The translations under genes were made by a program, and so were the position numbers. From IMG/VR virus record IMGVR_UViG_3300027365_000007: a stretch of 64,000 bases of DNA; one strand, given 5' to 3'. Source of the DNA: a virus (taxonomy: Duplodnaviria > Caudoviricetes). This document shows, piece by piece, positions 9,609 through 18,392 of this stretch. Position 1 is the stretch's first letter; each line of letters starts with the position of its first letter. Below the pieces are notes generated by a model that saw nothing but the letters and a program-made list of their open reading frames with translations, was not told the DNA's origin and searched no databases.

Positions 9609-9678
9609 AATTAAAAAATACTCCTATGTTTTATTATAAGAGTATTTATGCCTCATAATAACTTCCATTTTCTCACCA

Positions 9679-10374
9679 CTACTCAGAATAATACTGATCT
9701 AGAATATCAATCCATTTGTCTTTATAAAATTTAAAATCATCACCAGCTTTTATTACTTTTTTTGCAGTAATATTACTTGAATTCGCAACGAATATGACAC
9801 ACTGTTCAATATTAGTATTAAATAGATAATCATGTGCCACTGCATATGCTGCGGCCTGTGTGAAGTAGTCTTCCATGTGTTCTTCTTTTTTATCTTTATA
9901 TGCATTCTTGAAGTCAATAATAGAAGTTGCACCTTTGTATGTTCCTACTAAATCAGTACGACCTGCATAACATTCTGGCACAAATAGCGGTACTTCAGCG
10001 CCCCATACTTCGTCTACATCTTTGAGTCCTACTTCCCAAATCTTTTTAGCCATATCCCCGGCTACTTTAAAAATAAAATTCTGCTTAAACAGCTTTTCAT
10101 AATCTGGTGTTCCAACAATTTGATGATAAAGAATGTCGTGCATACAATTACCGAAATTCAAACTTTTATCTAGAATCTGTTGGGCATTTTTATGACCTAT
10201 AGTACGTTTCCATTCTTCTATTATCTCTTTCTTATCCGACATACGTGATAAGATGGTTGTAACTGAATACACGGGGTCATATTTAACACCGTTCAGTTCG
10301 ATGAAATAAACACGACCGGCTTTGCCGGTCGATTCTTTTACAACGGTAGGATAATCATATTTCTCTTTATACAT
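9679..10374 (-). CDS. PD-(D/E)XK exonuclease
   Basis: SVTTILS, EVPLF...YAGRTDL, IIDFK and QAAAYA motifs. Confidence 0.88.
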   Translation of the reverse strand: MYKEKYDYPTVVKESTGKAGRVYFIELNGVKYDPVYSVTTILSRMSDKKEIIEEWKRTIGHKNAQQILDKSLNFGNCMHDILYHQIVGTPDYEKLFKQNFIFKVAGDMAKKIWEVGLKDVDEVWGAEVPLFVPECYAGRTDLVGTYKGATSIIDFKNAYKDKKEEHMEDYFTQAAAYAVAHDYLFNTNIEQCVIFVANSSNITAKKVIKAGDDFKFYKDKWIDILDQYYSE

Positions 10375-10712
10375 TATTTCATTCGCTTTTTAGTAGCTTC
10401 TTTAGCTTTTTCCGACGCTGGATTATATTCTTCTTGGTCAGAAATATCAGGACGTTCGTCGTCTATCTCATCACTTTGTGTTGAAAATACAACTTGTTTA
10501 TCCTGATTCGTACTAAGATTTTTATTACTATCAACAAAATCCTCAATATCTTTTTCGTTAGCGACGTAACCAATCTTATCCAATTCCGCAATTATGTTTT
10601 CAATATCAACTTCCGTTAGACCAGATTTCATGAACATCATAATAATGTTCATGATTTCTTTATTAAGTTTTTCCTGATAATCATTGTCTTCGTAAAGTTC
10701 GTGAATTTTCAT
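10374..10712 (-). CDS. Acidic hypothetical protein, possible internal head protein
   Basis: Starts MKIHELYE; TAATG-coupled to the nuclease gene. Confidence 0.7.
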   Translation of the reverse strand: MKIHELYEDNDYQEKLNKEIMNIIMMFMKSGLTEVDIENIIAELDKIGYVANEKDIEDFVDSNKNLSTNQDKQVVFSTQSDEIDDERPDISDQEEYNPASEKAKEATKKRMK

Positions 10713-10714
10713 AA

Positions 10715-11662
10715 TTACTCTTCGCGTCTCTTGAATTCATTGCCCAAATCTACGTCGTCAGTGTCTTCTTCAGACTCTTCCCCACCTTCAGTGGATTCCT
10801 CATCGCCTGAGTCAAGATCTTCAAGACCTTCCAGATCTTCATCACCAAATTCCGATTCACCATCTTGAGATTCAATATCATCAAGTTCATCACTTTCGAT
10901 GTCACCCTTTTCATCACTAACCATACTATCCATTTCTGCATCACCACTTAATACAGCAACAACGTTAGCAAACACTTCTTTTGTATCACGAACCTGTGAA
11001 AGAAGATCACTCAGTGAACTATTCATCTTTTCATAAATATCATCTGCTACCTCATTGGAATACTCAGATCTTACCATCTCAATAAATGGATCTAGATATT
11101 TATTTTGAGTCTCACCGATTTTGGCCTGATATCCCATCATGTCGTCAAGAAGACCACGGGCACTCATGATAGCTTCTGCCTTTTCAGCATCTTCTTTTAG
11201 TAAAATGTTCAGCTTGGAAGAAACACTTTCACTGTATATTTTTTTCTCCATAGATGAAATCTTTTCAGCCATCATTTTAGCTTTTTTGGTTTCACCATGC
11301 TTTTTTACGTAGCCCTCATACATATTGCGCAAATCTTGAAGTTTGTCAATACTTCCTGTTACACTTGACTCGCTACGTGCTTTTGAAATTATATCATCCA
11401 GTTCGCTTTGTGTGGATTTCTTATTGGTTAGAATGTTAACCGCTTCCACTACTAACATGGATTGGTTATAATCCGGGTTTTTGTGATATGAATTAAACTC
11501 CGCTGACTCAACAATGGTATTCATATTTTCTTGAGCTTTCTTCTTAAGTTCTACCAATGCAGACTTAGAAAGTTTGTTCGATATATCTCTTGTAAAACCA
11601 AATGATTCTTTAAGAATCTTATTGATTTTCTGTAAATTTGCTCTATCCTGTTTACTTAGCAT
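10715..11662 (-). CDS. Hypothetical protein with acidic C-tail, probable head component
   Basis: 315-aa helical ORF with a D/E-rich tail; tightly packed operon. Confidence 0.7.
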   Translation of the reverse strand: MLSKQDRANLQKINKILKESFGFTRDISNKLSKSALVELKKKAQENMNTIVESAEFNSYHKNPDYNQSMLVVEAVNILTNKKSTQSELDDIISKARSESSVTGSIDKLQDLRNMYEGYVKKHGETKKAKMMAEKISSMEKKIYSESVSSKLNILLKEDAEKAEAIMSARGLLDDMMGYQAKIGETQNKYLDPFIEMVRSEYSNEVADDIYEKMNSSLSDLLSQVRDTKEVFANVVAVLSGDAEMDSMVSDEKGDIESDELDDIESQDGESEFGDEDLEGLEDLDSGDEESTEGGEESEEDTDDVDLGNEFKRREE

Positions 11663-11664
11663 GA

Positions 11665-12249
11665 TTATTTCCCCAATCTTTTATATTCTTTTAATATGGT
11701 ATTTTTAAAATTCTTGGCACGGAACTTGTTTTCTTCAAATTTAGTATTCTCAATGTCCATGCCATCAAAGTTGCTATCTTCTTTATATTTATTGTAGTTT
11801 CGTTTGTTCAAACGGGCTTCATTAAGATGTTTTTCATAGCGATTATTACTTGTCAGTAGTGAAACTATTTTAGAAGAGCTAAATGTTTTCCCTTCATATA
11901 AATGGGATGCAATCGAATATACTGTTTCATACAAAAGTACATCATCAACCAAAACACTACCATACTCATCGTATAACGAATAGGTGCCTTCAACCTTTTC
12001 GATTTTGTAAGGCCCTATGGATATAGCGTTTTCAGACACAACCTTAGTATCTTTTATTTGTTCAATTGCTTTGTCTTGTGTGGGTAGGTTTTCCACACTT
12101 TCAACAGCGGAATTGAACCTTTGAAGAATTTCGTCCATTGATTGAACACTGCTTTTAGATGCAGATACTGACGGACGTTCAACACCGTTTTCAACGTCTT
12201 CCATAATATTCAATAATTTATCAAACTCTTCTACACTTTTTTTAGACAT
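11665..12249 (-). CDS. Hypothetical protein
   Basis: 194-aa ORF in a packed operon; GAGG RBS. Confidence 0.7.
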   Translation of the reverse strand: MSKKSVEEFDKLLNIMEDVENGVERPSVSASKSSVQSMDEILQRFNSAVESVENLPTQDKAIEQIKDTKVVSENAISIGPYKIEKVEGTYSLYDEYGSVLVDDVLLYETVYSIASHLYEGKTFSSSKIVSLLTSNNRYEKHLNEARLNKRNYNKYKEDSNFDGMDIENTKFEENKFRAKNFKNTILKEYKRLGK

Positions 12250-12457
12250 CTAAATGAACCTCTTTTATGTAATAATATTCACCATCAAAATCGAGAATAT
12301 GACAATCAACCAATCTTTGCGCCATGAATTGCGTTTTTTCAGGTAGATTGTCTTTTTTTAGTTTGTAACGCTTCTTTTCTAACATACGTTCTATAAGTTG
12401 AAAATCATGCTCAGAAACATGCGTGTATAAACCGCCTACAATTTCCACAACCTTCAT
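12242..12457 (-). CDS. Hypothetical protein
   Basis: 71 aa; overlaps both neighbours by a few bases. Confidence 0.65.
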   Translation of the reverse strand: MKVVEIVGGLYTHVSEHDFQLIERMLEKKRYKLKKDNLPEKTQFMAQRLVDCHILDFDGEYYYIKEVHLDV

Positions 12458-12630
12458 AGACTGTACCCTGTATAAATTTTAAACACGGTTTCTTTATCTG
12501 ATTCATCGATAGCATGTACTATACGTACTAAATCTTTAATACTCATAGTTGCTAATATTTTCTTAACTTCTTCGATGTCTCGATCTAAAAAATCAGATAG
12601 TATTTCGCTTAACGGCTTTTTAACGTCCAT
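12454..12630 (-). CDS. Small hypothetical protein (58 aa) missed by the ORF track
   Basis: MDVKKPLSEILSDFLDRDIEEVKKILATMSIKDLVRIVHAIDESDKETVFKIYTGYSL; GGAG RBS; ATGA overlap with the next gene; fills an otherwise empty gap. Confidence 0.75.
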   Translation of the reverse strand: MDVKKPLSEILSDFLDRDIEEVKKILATMSIKDLVRIVHAIDESDKETVFKIYTGYSL

Positions 12631-12659
12631 AATACTCCATAAAGGGAACTGTCGTTCCC

Positions 12660-12914
12660 TTATTTATCACGTAATTTGTTCAAACGAGCAACTTGTTTAC
12701 TTACTGGGTTCGTCATCTTAGTACGCTTTGTTTTAAGAGCGATTGAACGCTCCTTTTGCTTTCTAAGACGACGCATTCTCATTTTTTTCTTTATATCCAG
12801 CGGTCCAAAGCAAGCTTGTGGACTTGATACAAGTTTTCCTTTTCGCTTTCCAGTCGTACAACGATATTTTTTAACAATTTTATTGCCACGCCTTGCGTAT
12901 ACTAATTTAGCCAT
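12660..12914 (-). CDS. Small, very basic protein, putative nucleic-acid binding
   Basis: 84 aa, K/R-rich, two Cys (YRCTTGKRKG...ACF). Confidence 0.8.
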   Translation of the reverse strand: MAKLVYARRGNKIVKKYRCTTGKRKGKLVSSPQACFGPLDIKKKMRMRRLRKQKERSIALKTKRTKMTNPVSKQVARLNKLRDK

Positions 12915-12926
12915 ATATCAAGATCC

Positions 12927-13352
12927 TTATAGGTTGTCGTTATACATAAACTCAATATTTAGTTCGGTACCAGAAGACTGGAACGTTTCGTCTTCGATAG
13001 TTACACCATCAAACATATATTTCAGATGATAAAGATGATCATCAATTTGATAATCTTCATCAACACTTGCGAAGATGCCAGTATGTTCAACGATAAATTT
13101 AAAAACATATCCGGGTCCGGTAAGTGATGGAGCCCCTTCGTTTTCTAATGTAGTGACACTATAAGGAGAAGCAACTACAATAGGTTGAGCCCTCATGCTA
13201 ATAAGAGAAATAATGTTGTCAAAAATTCTTTGTGATTTATCTTCATAGTTACCAGTAGCAGTTATGTCAACATCAGTAAAAAGGGTAAAATATTCAATAT
13301 TACCTGAAAATTGCTCACTTGGTTTAGAAGCTGTTTTTCTTGCTAAAGTCAT
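12927..13352 (-). CDS. Hypothetical protein, probably virion-associated
   Basis: 141 aa; ATAAATA at 13385-13391 and GAGG RBS. Confidence 0.7.
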   Translation of the reverse strand: MTLARKTASKPSEQFSGNIEYFTLFTDVDITATGNYEDKSQRIFDNIISLISMRAQPIVVASPYSVTTLENEGAPSLTGPGYVFKFIVEHTGIFASVDEDYQIDDHLYHLKYMFDGVTIEDETFQSSGTELNIEFMYNDNL

Positions 13353-13410
13353 AATTCTGTCCTCATTTTTATATGATATAAAAGTATTTATCCTTATACT
13401 TCATTTAGAT

Positions 13411-13443
13411 AAAAAAATAGCCGGTTAAAAACCGGCTATTTCC
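13411..13443 (-). terminator. Rho-independent terminator
   Basis: AATAGCCGGTT-loop-AACCGGCTATT with a T-run. Confidence 0.85.
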
Positions 13444-13465
13444 AAAGATATATACTCAACCACTT

Positions 13466-13909
13466 TTACAGTAGGTCGTAGTCTACCTGTGCTACAGTAA
13501 CACCAGAAAGGTCTACAGTTACAGGAACCACTTCAGTATATTCGTCACCACTGTTAGGAGTACCGTCAGGATCAACTAGATTTTCAGTAGTACCGAAAGC
13601 AACAGCACCACCAAGCTCTTGAATCTTGCCTTGAATTTCAGCAGGATCAATTGCATCGTTGTGTTCAACTGCAACAGTAAAACCACCAGCAGCAAGTTCA
13701 CTAACGATAACTACGTTACCACGGGTACGGAAGATTTCGATTAGCTTTTCCCAAACACGGGCTTGCTCGTAATAATCGTTGAATTCCTGAGTACCATAAG
13801 CAGCATCAGCAGAAGCAGACGGTACGATAGATTCTGGGGTAGTCACGGTGAAGTGTTCTAGACCACCAGTAAGCATTTGAGTATCTTTAACTTGAGTATA
13901 ACGTTTCAT
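13466..13909 (-). CDS. Probably abundant virion protein (147 aa)
   Basis: Own TATAAATA promoter (13944-13951), AGGAG RBS and own terminator; codon usage resembles the capsid gene (GGT, ACT, CGT). Confidence 0.75.
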   Translation of the reverse strand: MKRYTQVKDTQMLTGGLEHFTVTTPESIVPSASADAAYGTQEFNDYYEQARVWEKLIEIFRTRGNVVIVSELAAGGFTVAVEHNDAIDPAEIQGKIQELGGAVAFGTTENLVDPDGTPNSGDEYTEVVPVTVDLSGVTVAQVDYDLL

Positions 13910-13986
13910 ATTGTATTCTCCTTAAATCTGTTATATACATTATTATTTATACTTTTCAATAAAAATGGTTTTAATTATCGCAGAAA

Positions 13987-14712
13987 TTAAAGTTTACGTA
14001 TTTTATCACGTATTCTTTGTTGTTTCTCACGTTTGTTTTGTAAAAACTTATAAGCAGCCAATCCACCAATTGCATACATAGCCTTCTCTGTATTGCTCAT
14101 GCCTTCCGGCTTCTTATCTTCGGGAGACTTATTAGATACAGGTTTGTCGTCTTTTTCATCATGAACTACAAATTCAGACGCAAACTCTCGAATTTTAGTA
14201 GTCACGTCACTATATCTAAACTGTACTGTACCGTAGTTTCTCATTTTGTCTAGTGTTAATTTTCGCTCTCGTAGAGTTAAACGGTTCCAGTTAATAGCCA
14301 TTCGTCCTAGCGACTTGAGAATATTGTCCTCTATATATAATTGCTTAGTAATTCGCTTCATGAACGAATCAAGCTCTACTACCGAAAGAGATCCATTCAC
14401 CATTCTACGCAAATACCGTGTGTAGAAGTCGATATCAACGGATGCCCTTTTTACCAATATCTCATCGTTTTTACTTATCTTCTTTTGCTCAGAAAGCTTA
14501 TTTATATACGTAAAAAGGTTATAAATGTCTGTCGCATTTATTCTATGCTTATCATACCTTGAATACTTTATTGTATTTTTAGCATAGCGCGAAGCGTATG
14601 ACGAATATTCATAATCTTTATACATAATACATATACCAATCATCTCATAGTATATGTGGTTGAGAACCTTTCTCAACCCTTGATTTTTTAGTTCAGACAT
14701 GTTTCTAATCAT
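13987..14712 (-). CDS. Basic hypothetical protein
   Basis: 241-aa ORF with AGGA RBS. Confidence 0.7.
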   Translation of the reverse strand: MIRNMSELKNQGLRKVLNHIYYEMIGICIMYKDYEYSSYASRYAKNTIKYSRYDKHRINATDIYNLFTYINKLSEQKKISKNDEILVKRASVDIDFYTRYLRRMVNGSLSVVELDSFMKRITKQLYIEDNILKSLGRMAINWNRLTLRERKLTLDKMRNYGTVQFRYSDVTTKIREFASEFVVHDEKDDKPVSNKSPEDKKPEGMSNTEKAMYAIGGLAAYKFLQNKREKQQRIRDKIRKL

Positions 14713-14721
14713 AATCTATCC

Positions 14722-16692
14722 TTAAGAATAAGATATTATTATCTTTAATACACCTGTACTACTTGTGGCAGCGTCAAGATATGCATTTAGATCTGTATCA
14801 GAACCACTATCATATACATATGATGGTGTAAATGTATAGGTTCCAACTTCGGTAAGATCAATGATATCTTCTGACATAAGTCTATTATTTACCGCACTAT
14901 CGCCTATATTTAGCGTTGAATTGATATCATCAAACGCTTCAGTCACTTCTACTGTCACGTTGGTCACTCTCGAATTATCTGAGACAGTGCCAACAAGGTG
15001 TGTACCAGTATCCGAACTTGTCAAATTAAGTGATAAAACATCGGCATCTGTTCTTGCAGAATCTTCCGTAGCAATCAATTTCCACCCAGACGACGTATAT
15101 AACCAATATTGCCATTCACCGTTACCACCATCTTCTACATAAGCGGCATCGCCAATAATAACGCTTAGTTGTGCACGCTGCGTATTGTCAAGAACGGAAT
15201 ATACTTCACCCTTTCTAACACCCTGTCCAATATAAGATGCTTTAGCTTTAGTGCCATTTTCTACCGAATATATACCAAAGTCGTCTAAAATATTTCCATT
15301 ATTCCCAAGGGCATTTTTTAATCGAATCTCACCAGCATCATTTTTTTCAAGATATAAGAACGTGGATGTTGATGGACCATAGTTACCAGCTACGATACCC
15401 GTAGTAGATGCAGTAGAAGCATCTGGTGATAATATAGGGTTGCCTTGATCGTCATTCTTCACATTTACAAGTGATAACGTACCGCCTGCGGTGTTGACAA
15501 TTTTTAATATATTCGTACCAACCTCTGCTCTAACATCGGGAATATTTGCGGCATTGATATCAAACGCCATATCTTCTTCCAAGCCGACATTCATACCATA
15601 AGTGGACTGCCCTTCAGTATTTGTTGTAAATGTCACAACGGTGCCATTTATAGATATCTGAGGACTATTAGCAACATATGTAGCTGGTTCACCTAAAGAA
15701 AATGATGTGGTACTCTGAACAACTAGAGGTGCTATTTGCTCGGATGCATTCACATCATGATTAGATGTTTCTAAATTTATAGAATTTACTGCATCCGAAA
15801 TTGTTCCAGTACCACCTATAGTAACAGACGTGCCATTTATTATTATTGAGTTCGTTGGATCAGTTGATGCATCAGTAACGCTTCCTAGTATGTTTGTTAA
15901 TGTATACTCTTTTAACTTTACATATATAGGCAATGACGTTTCAGTGGTAGTAATTTCATCTAGTTGCGGATCATAGTAAAGAACATCACCAACACCACCA
16001 ATCAGTTCATCAAAAACGTTTACATCAGACAATGGCTCCATTACAAAGCTATCTGGACTAGTTATATCAACTACTCTACCGACTAAAATATTTTTATCAC
16101 TAGGGATTACAAAATTATCATCTACAGTGTTAACCGAAATTATGTCATCTATCACAAATCCATGATTAGCCTGCTCAATGATAATATATTCACCTTCAGT
16201 AAAGTTCTGAAACCTAGAAAGAAGGTTTGACCAGAATGCCGATCCAAAACCACCACCGGGGGCTGGATCAACAACAGGCATACCCAAGTGATTTAACTCA
16301 AATACTACAATGCCGGACGGCACACTAAAAATACCATTCGCTAAAGGTGACCTATATGTATTGTATCTAAATAAATCTTCAACGACCAATGTTACATCCG
16401 TTGAAGTCTTAGCTTCTACCGATACTATCCTAAGCGCAATCCCAGTATTTTTTGATGCTATCCACATATCCGGTTTTATATCAATGCCATTATAAATATT
16501 TGGCTCTCTTGTTAAATGACTAGAGTGTTCCTGTTCAGACACCGTTATGTCTATAGTCCAACGGTAAGGCTTTGGAGAACTCCCGCCTTCCCAATAAGGG
16601 TCACCTGAACCGTCATCATATGGCCAAAAATCTTTAGGCACACTGTTAAACGCAGTGCCATCAAGAACTATAGGTGGTAAATTCACTTTCAT
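14722..16692 (-). CDS. Virion structural protein (656 aa)
   Basis: T/S/N/G-rich beta-type composition; lies in the fibre operon. Confidence 0.7.
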   Translation of the reverse strand: MKVNLPPIVLDGTAFNSVPKDFWPYDDGSGDPYWEGGSSPKPYRWTIDITVSEQEHSSHLTREPNIYNGIDIKPDMWIASKNTGIALRIVSVEAKTSTDVTLVVEDLFRYNTYRSPLANGIFSVPSGIVVFELNHLGMPVVDPAPGGGFGSAFWSNLLSRFQNFTEGEYIIIEQANHGFVIDDIISVNTVDDNFVIPSDKNILVGRVVDITSPDSFVMEPLSDVNVFDELIGGVGDVLYYDPQLDEITTTETSLPIYVKLKEYTLTNILGSVTDASTDPTNSIIINGTSVTIGGTGTISDAVNSINLETSNHDVNASEQIAPLVVQSTTSFSLGEPATYVANSPQISINGTVVTFTTNTEGQSTYGMNVGLEEDMAFDINAANIPDVRAEVGTNILKIVNTAGGTLSLVNVKNDDQGNPILSPDASTASTTGIVAGNYGPSTSTFLYLEKNDAGEIRLKNALGNNGNILDDFGIYSVENGTKAKASYIGQGVRKGEVYSVLDNTQRAQLSVIIGDAAYVEDGGNGEWQYWLYTSSGWKLIATEDSARTDADVLSLNLTSSDTGTHLVGTVSDNSRVTNVTVEVTEAFDDINSTLNIGDSAVNNRLMSEDIIDLTEVGTYTFTPSYVYDSGSDTDLNAYLDAATSSTGVLKIIISYS

Positions 16693-16695
16693 ATA

Positions 16696-18357
16696 TTATT
16701 CTCCAAAGGTAAACATAAGATATAATCTTGCTCTTTCACCTAACCCCGCACTAGCACCAACCTGACCCTGCGCACAATCAAGTGTGATTACGTTATCAAA
16801 AGTGCCAGAAAATAAAGTGGTCTGATCGTATGTTGCACCGCCACCAGAAACCTTCCTTGTGCTAGTGACAGGTGTATTGATTATATATTCATTTGTTTGC
16901 GTAACATGTGCATATTGTTGGATACTAATAGGTGGATATGCTTTGCCATTAAACGTAAACTCAACAATACCACCCGGACCATTTACGATATTCACATTAA
17001 CACCGGGGGTTGTATTTTGTATCGCATCAGGTGCGCTTAGATCACCACTTGATCCAGAAGTGTACCAAAGTTCGACCCATTCATATGTTAAGGTACTACT
17101 ACCGCCTGAGATTGCTTGTGGTACGAAATTTGTTCCATCATATACCAATGCATCACCAGATGTTGGTGCAGTGGTAGTAGTGTCTACATCACCCAACTCA
17201 TCAAGTACCGTTGCTCCACTTCCAGAAACGGTCGCCGCAACAAAGCTCGTACCATCAAACTGTAATACTTGCCCAGAAGTTATACCAGTGGTATCAACAT
17301 CCGATAACTCATTAATTGAAGTAGGTATAACGGGCGTATTTACTAGATCGTTATAGTCACCAGATGTTGCCACAGTTGACAGAACGGGTAAATTACTCAA
17401 ATCATTATAGGAACCAGTAGTCGCTACAGTAGCAAGCGTTGGAGTACCAGTGACTTCAGAATATGCAACCGAACCATCAACCCAATTAGCGCCATCATAT
17501 TTCAATACATTGTTAGCGACGACACCAGTGGTATCTACATCACTAAGATCATTTACATTGACAGGTATAGATGGAGTGTTTGATAGATCGTTATAATCCC
17601 CGGATGTGGCAACTACAGCTAAACTCGGTGTGCCAGATATTTCGCTATAGGAAACTACACCATCAACCCAATTAGTACCGTCAAATTTTAGAACATTATC
17701 AGTAACGACGCCAGTTGTATCTACGTCCGTTAGCTCATTGAGTATAGTAGCGCCACTACCAGATACTGCCTGTGGTACGAAATTGGTTCCATCAAATACC
17801 AACGCATCACCACTTGTAGGTGCAGTAGTAGTGGTATCAACGTCTATCAGATCGTCTACTGATGATGGAATAGAGGGTTGGTTAATTAAATCAGTATATG
17901 AGCCACTTGTAGCTACTGTTGAAAGAACAGGCGTATTCGATACTTCACTGTAATCAACTGAACCATCAACCCAATTAGTACCATCATATTTTATAACATT
18001 ATTAGTCACAACACCAGTTGTATCTACATCCGTTAATTCATTGAGTATAGTAGCACCACTACCAGAAACTGCCTGTGGTACGAAATTGGTTCCATCAAAT
18101 ACCAACGCATCACCACTTGTAGGTGCAGTAGTGGTGGTATCCACATCACTCAACTCATCAAGGGCGGTAGCGCCACTAGAAATTGTATAAAAACCAGTAA
18201 CGCCACCTACTTTCCCATAAAAAGTATTATCCTGTGCAGTGCTGAAACCTTCAATATCTTGAGCAACTTCAACTACATTATCTCCATTAGAATCGTATGT
18301 AGTCTTCGTCATCAAGTCTTGTGGTTCTAAAAAACTAAATTCTATTTCATTAGCCAT
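16696..18357 (-). CDS. Repeat-rich fibre-like structural protein (553 aa)
   Basis: Multiple L.ELSDVDTT...GDALVFDGTNFVP and LSTVATSGSY.DL repeats. Confidence 0.8.
   Translation of the reverse strand: MANEIEFSFLEPQDLMTKTTYDSNGDNVVEVAQDIEGFSTAQDNTFYGKVGGVTGFYTISSGATALDELSDVDTTTTAPTSGDALVFDGTNFVPQAVSGSGATILNELTDVDTTGVVTNNVIKYDGTNWVDGSVDYSEVSNTPVLSTVATSGSYTDLINQPSIPSSVDDLIDVDTTTTAPTSGDALVFDGTNFVPQAVSGSGATILNELTDVDTTGVVTDNVLKFDGTNWVDGVVSYSEISGTPSLAVVATSGDYNDLSNTPSIPVNVNDLSDVDTTGVVANNVLKYDGANWVDGSVAYSEVTGTPTLATVATTGSYNDLSNLPVLSTVATSGDYNDLVNTPVIPTSINELSDVDTTGITSGQVLQFDGTSFVAATVSGSGATVLDELGDVDTTTTAPTSGDALVYDGTNFVPQAISGGSSTLTYEWVELWYTSGSSGDLSAPDAIQNTTPGVNVNIVNGPGGIVEFTFNGKAYPPISIQQYAHVTQTNEYIINTPVTSTRKVSGGGATYDQTTLFSGTFDNVITLDCAQGQVGASAGLGERARLYLMFTFGE
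17661..18147. repeat. Near-identical ~184-bp direct repeat with 303-bp period inside the fibre gene
   Basis: 17661-17844 matches 17964-18147 (shared GCCTGTGGTACGAAATTGGTTCCATCAAATACCAACGCATCACCACTTGTAGGTGCAGTAGT); a more diverged copy lies near 17110-17230. Confidence 0.85.
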
Positions 18358-18392
18358 TGTTATTATTCTCCATAAGTTATTTTAGAACTTCG

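Noticed and set aside
9679-10374. Cas4 or CRISPR-associated nuclease
   Set aside because: It has PD-(D/E)XK motifs but lacks the four-Cys Fe-S cluster pattern of Cas4, and no repeat-spacer array or cas genes were seen.
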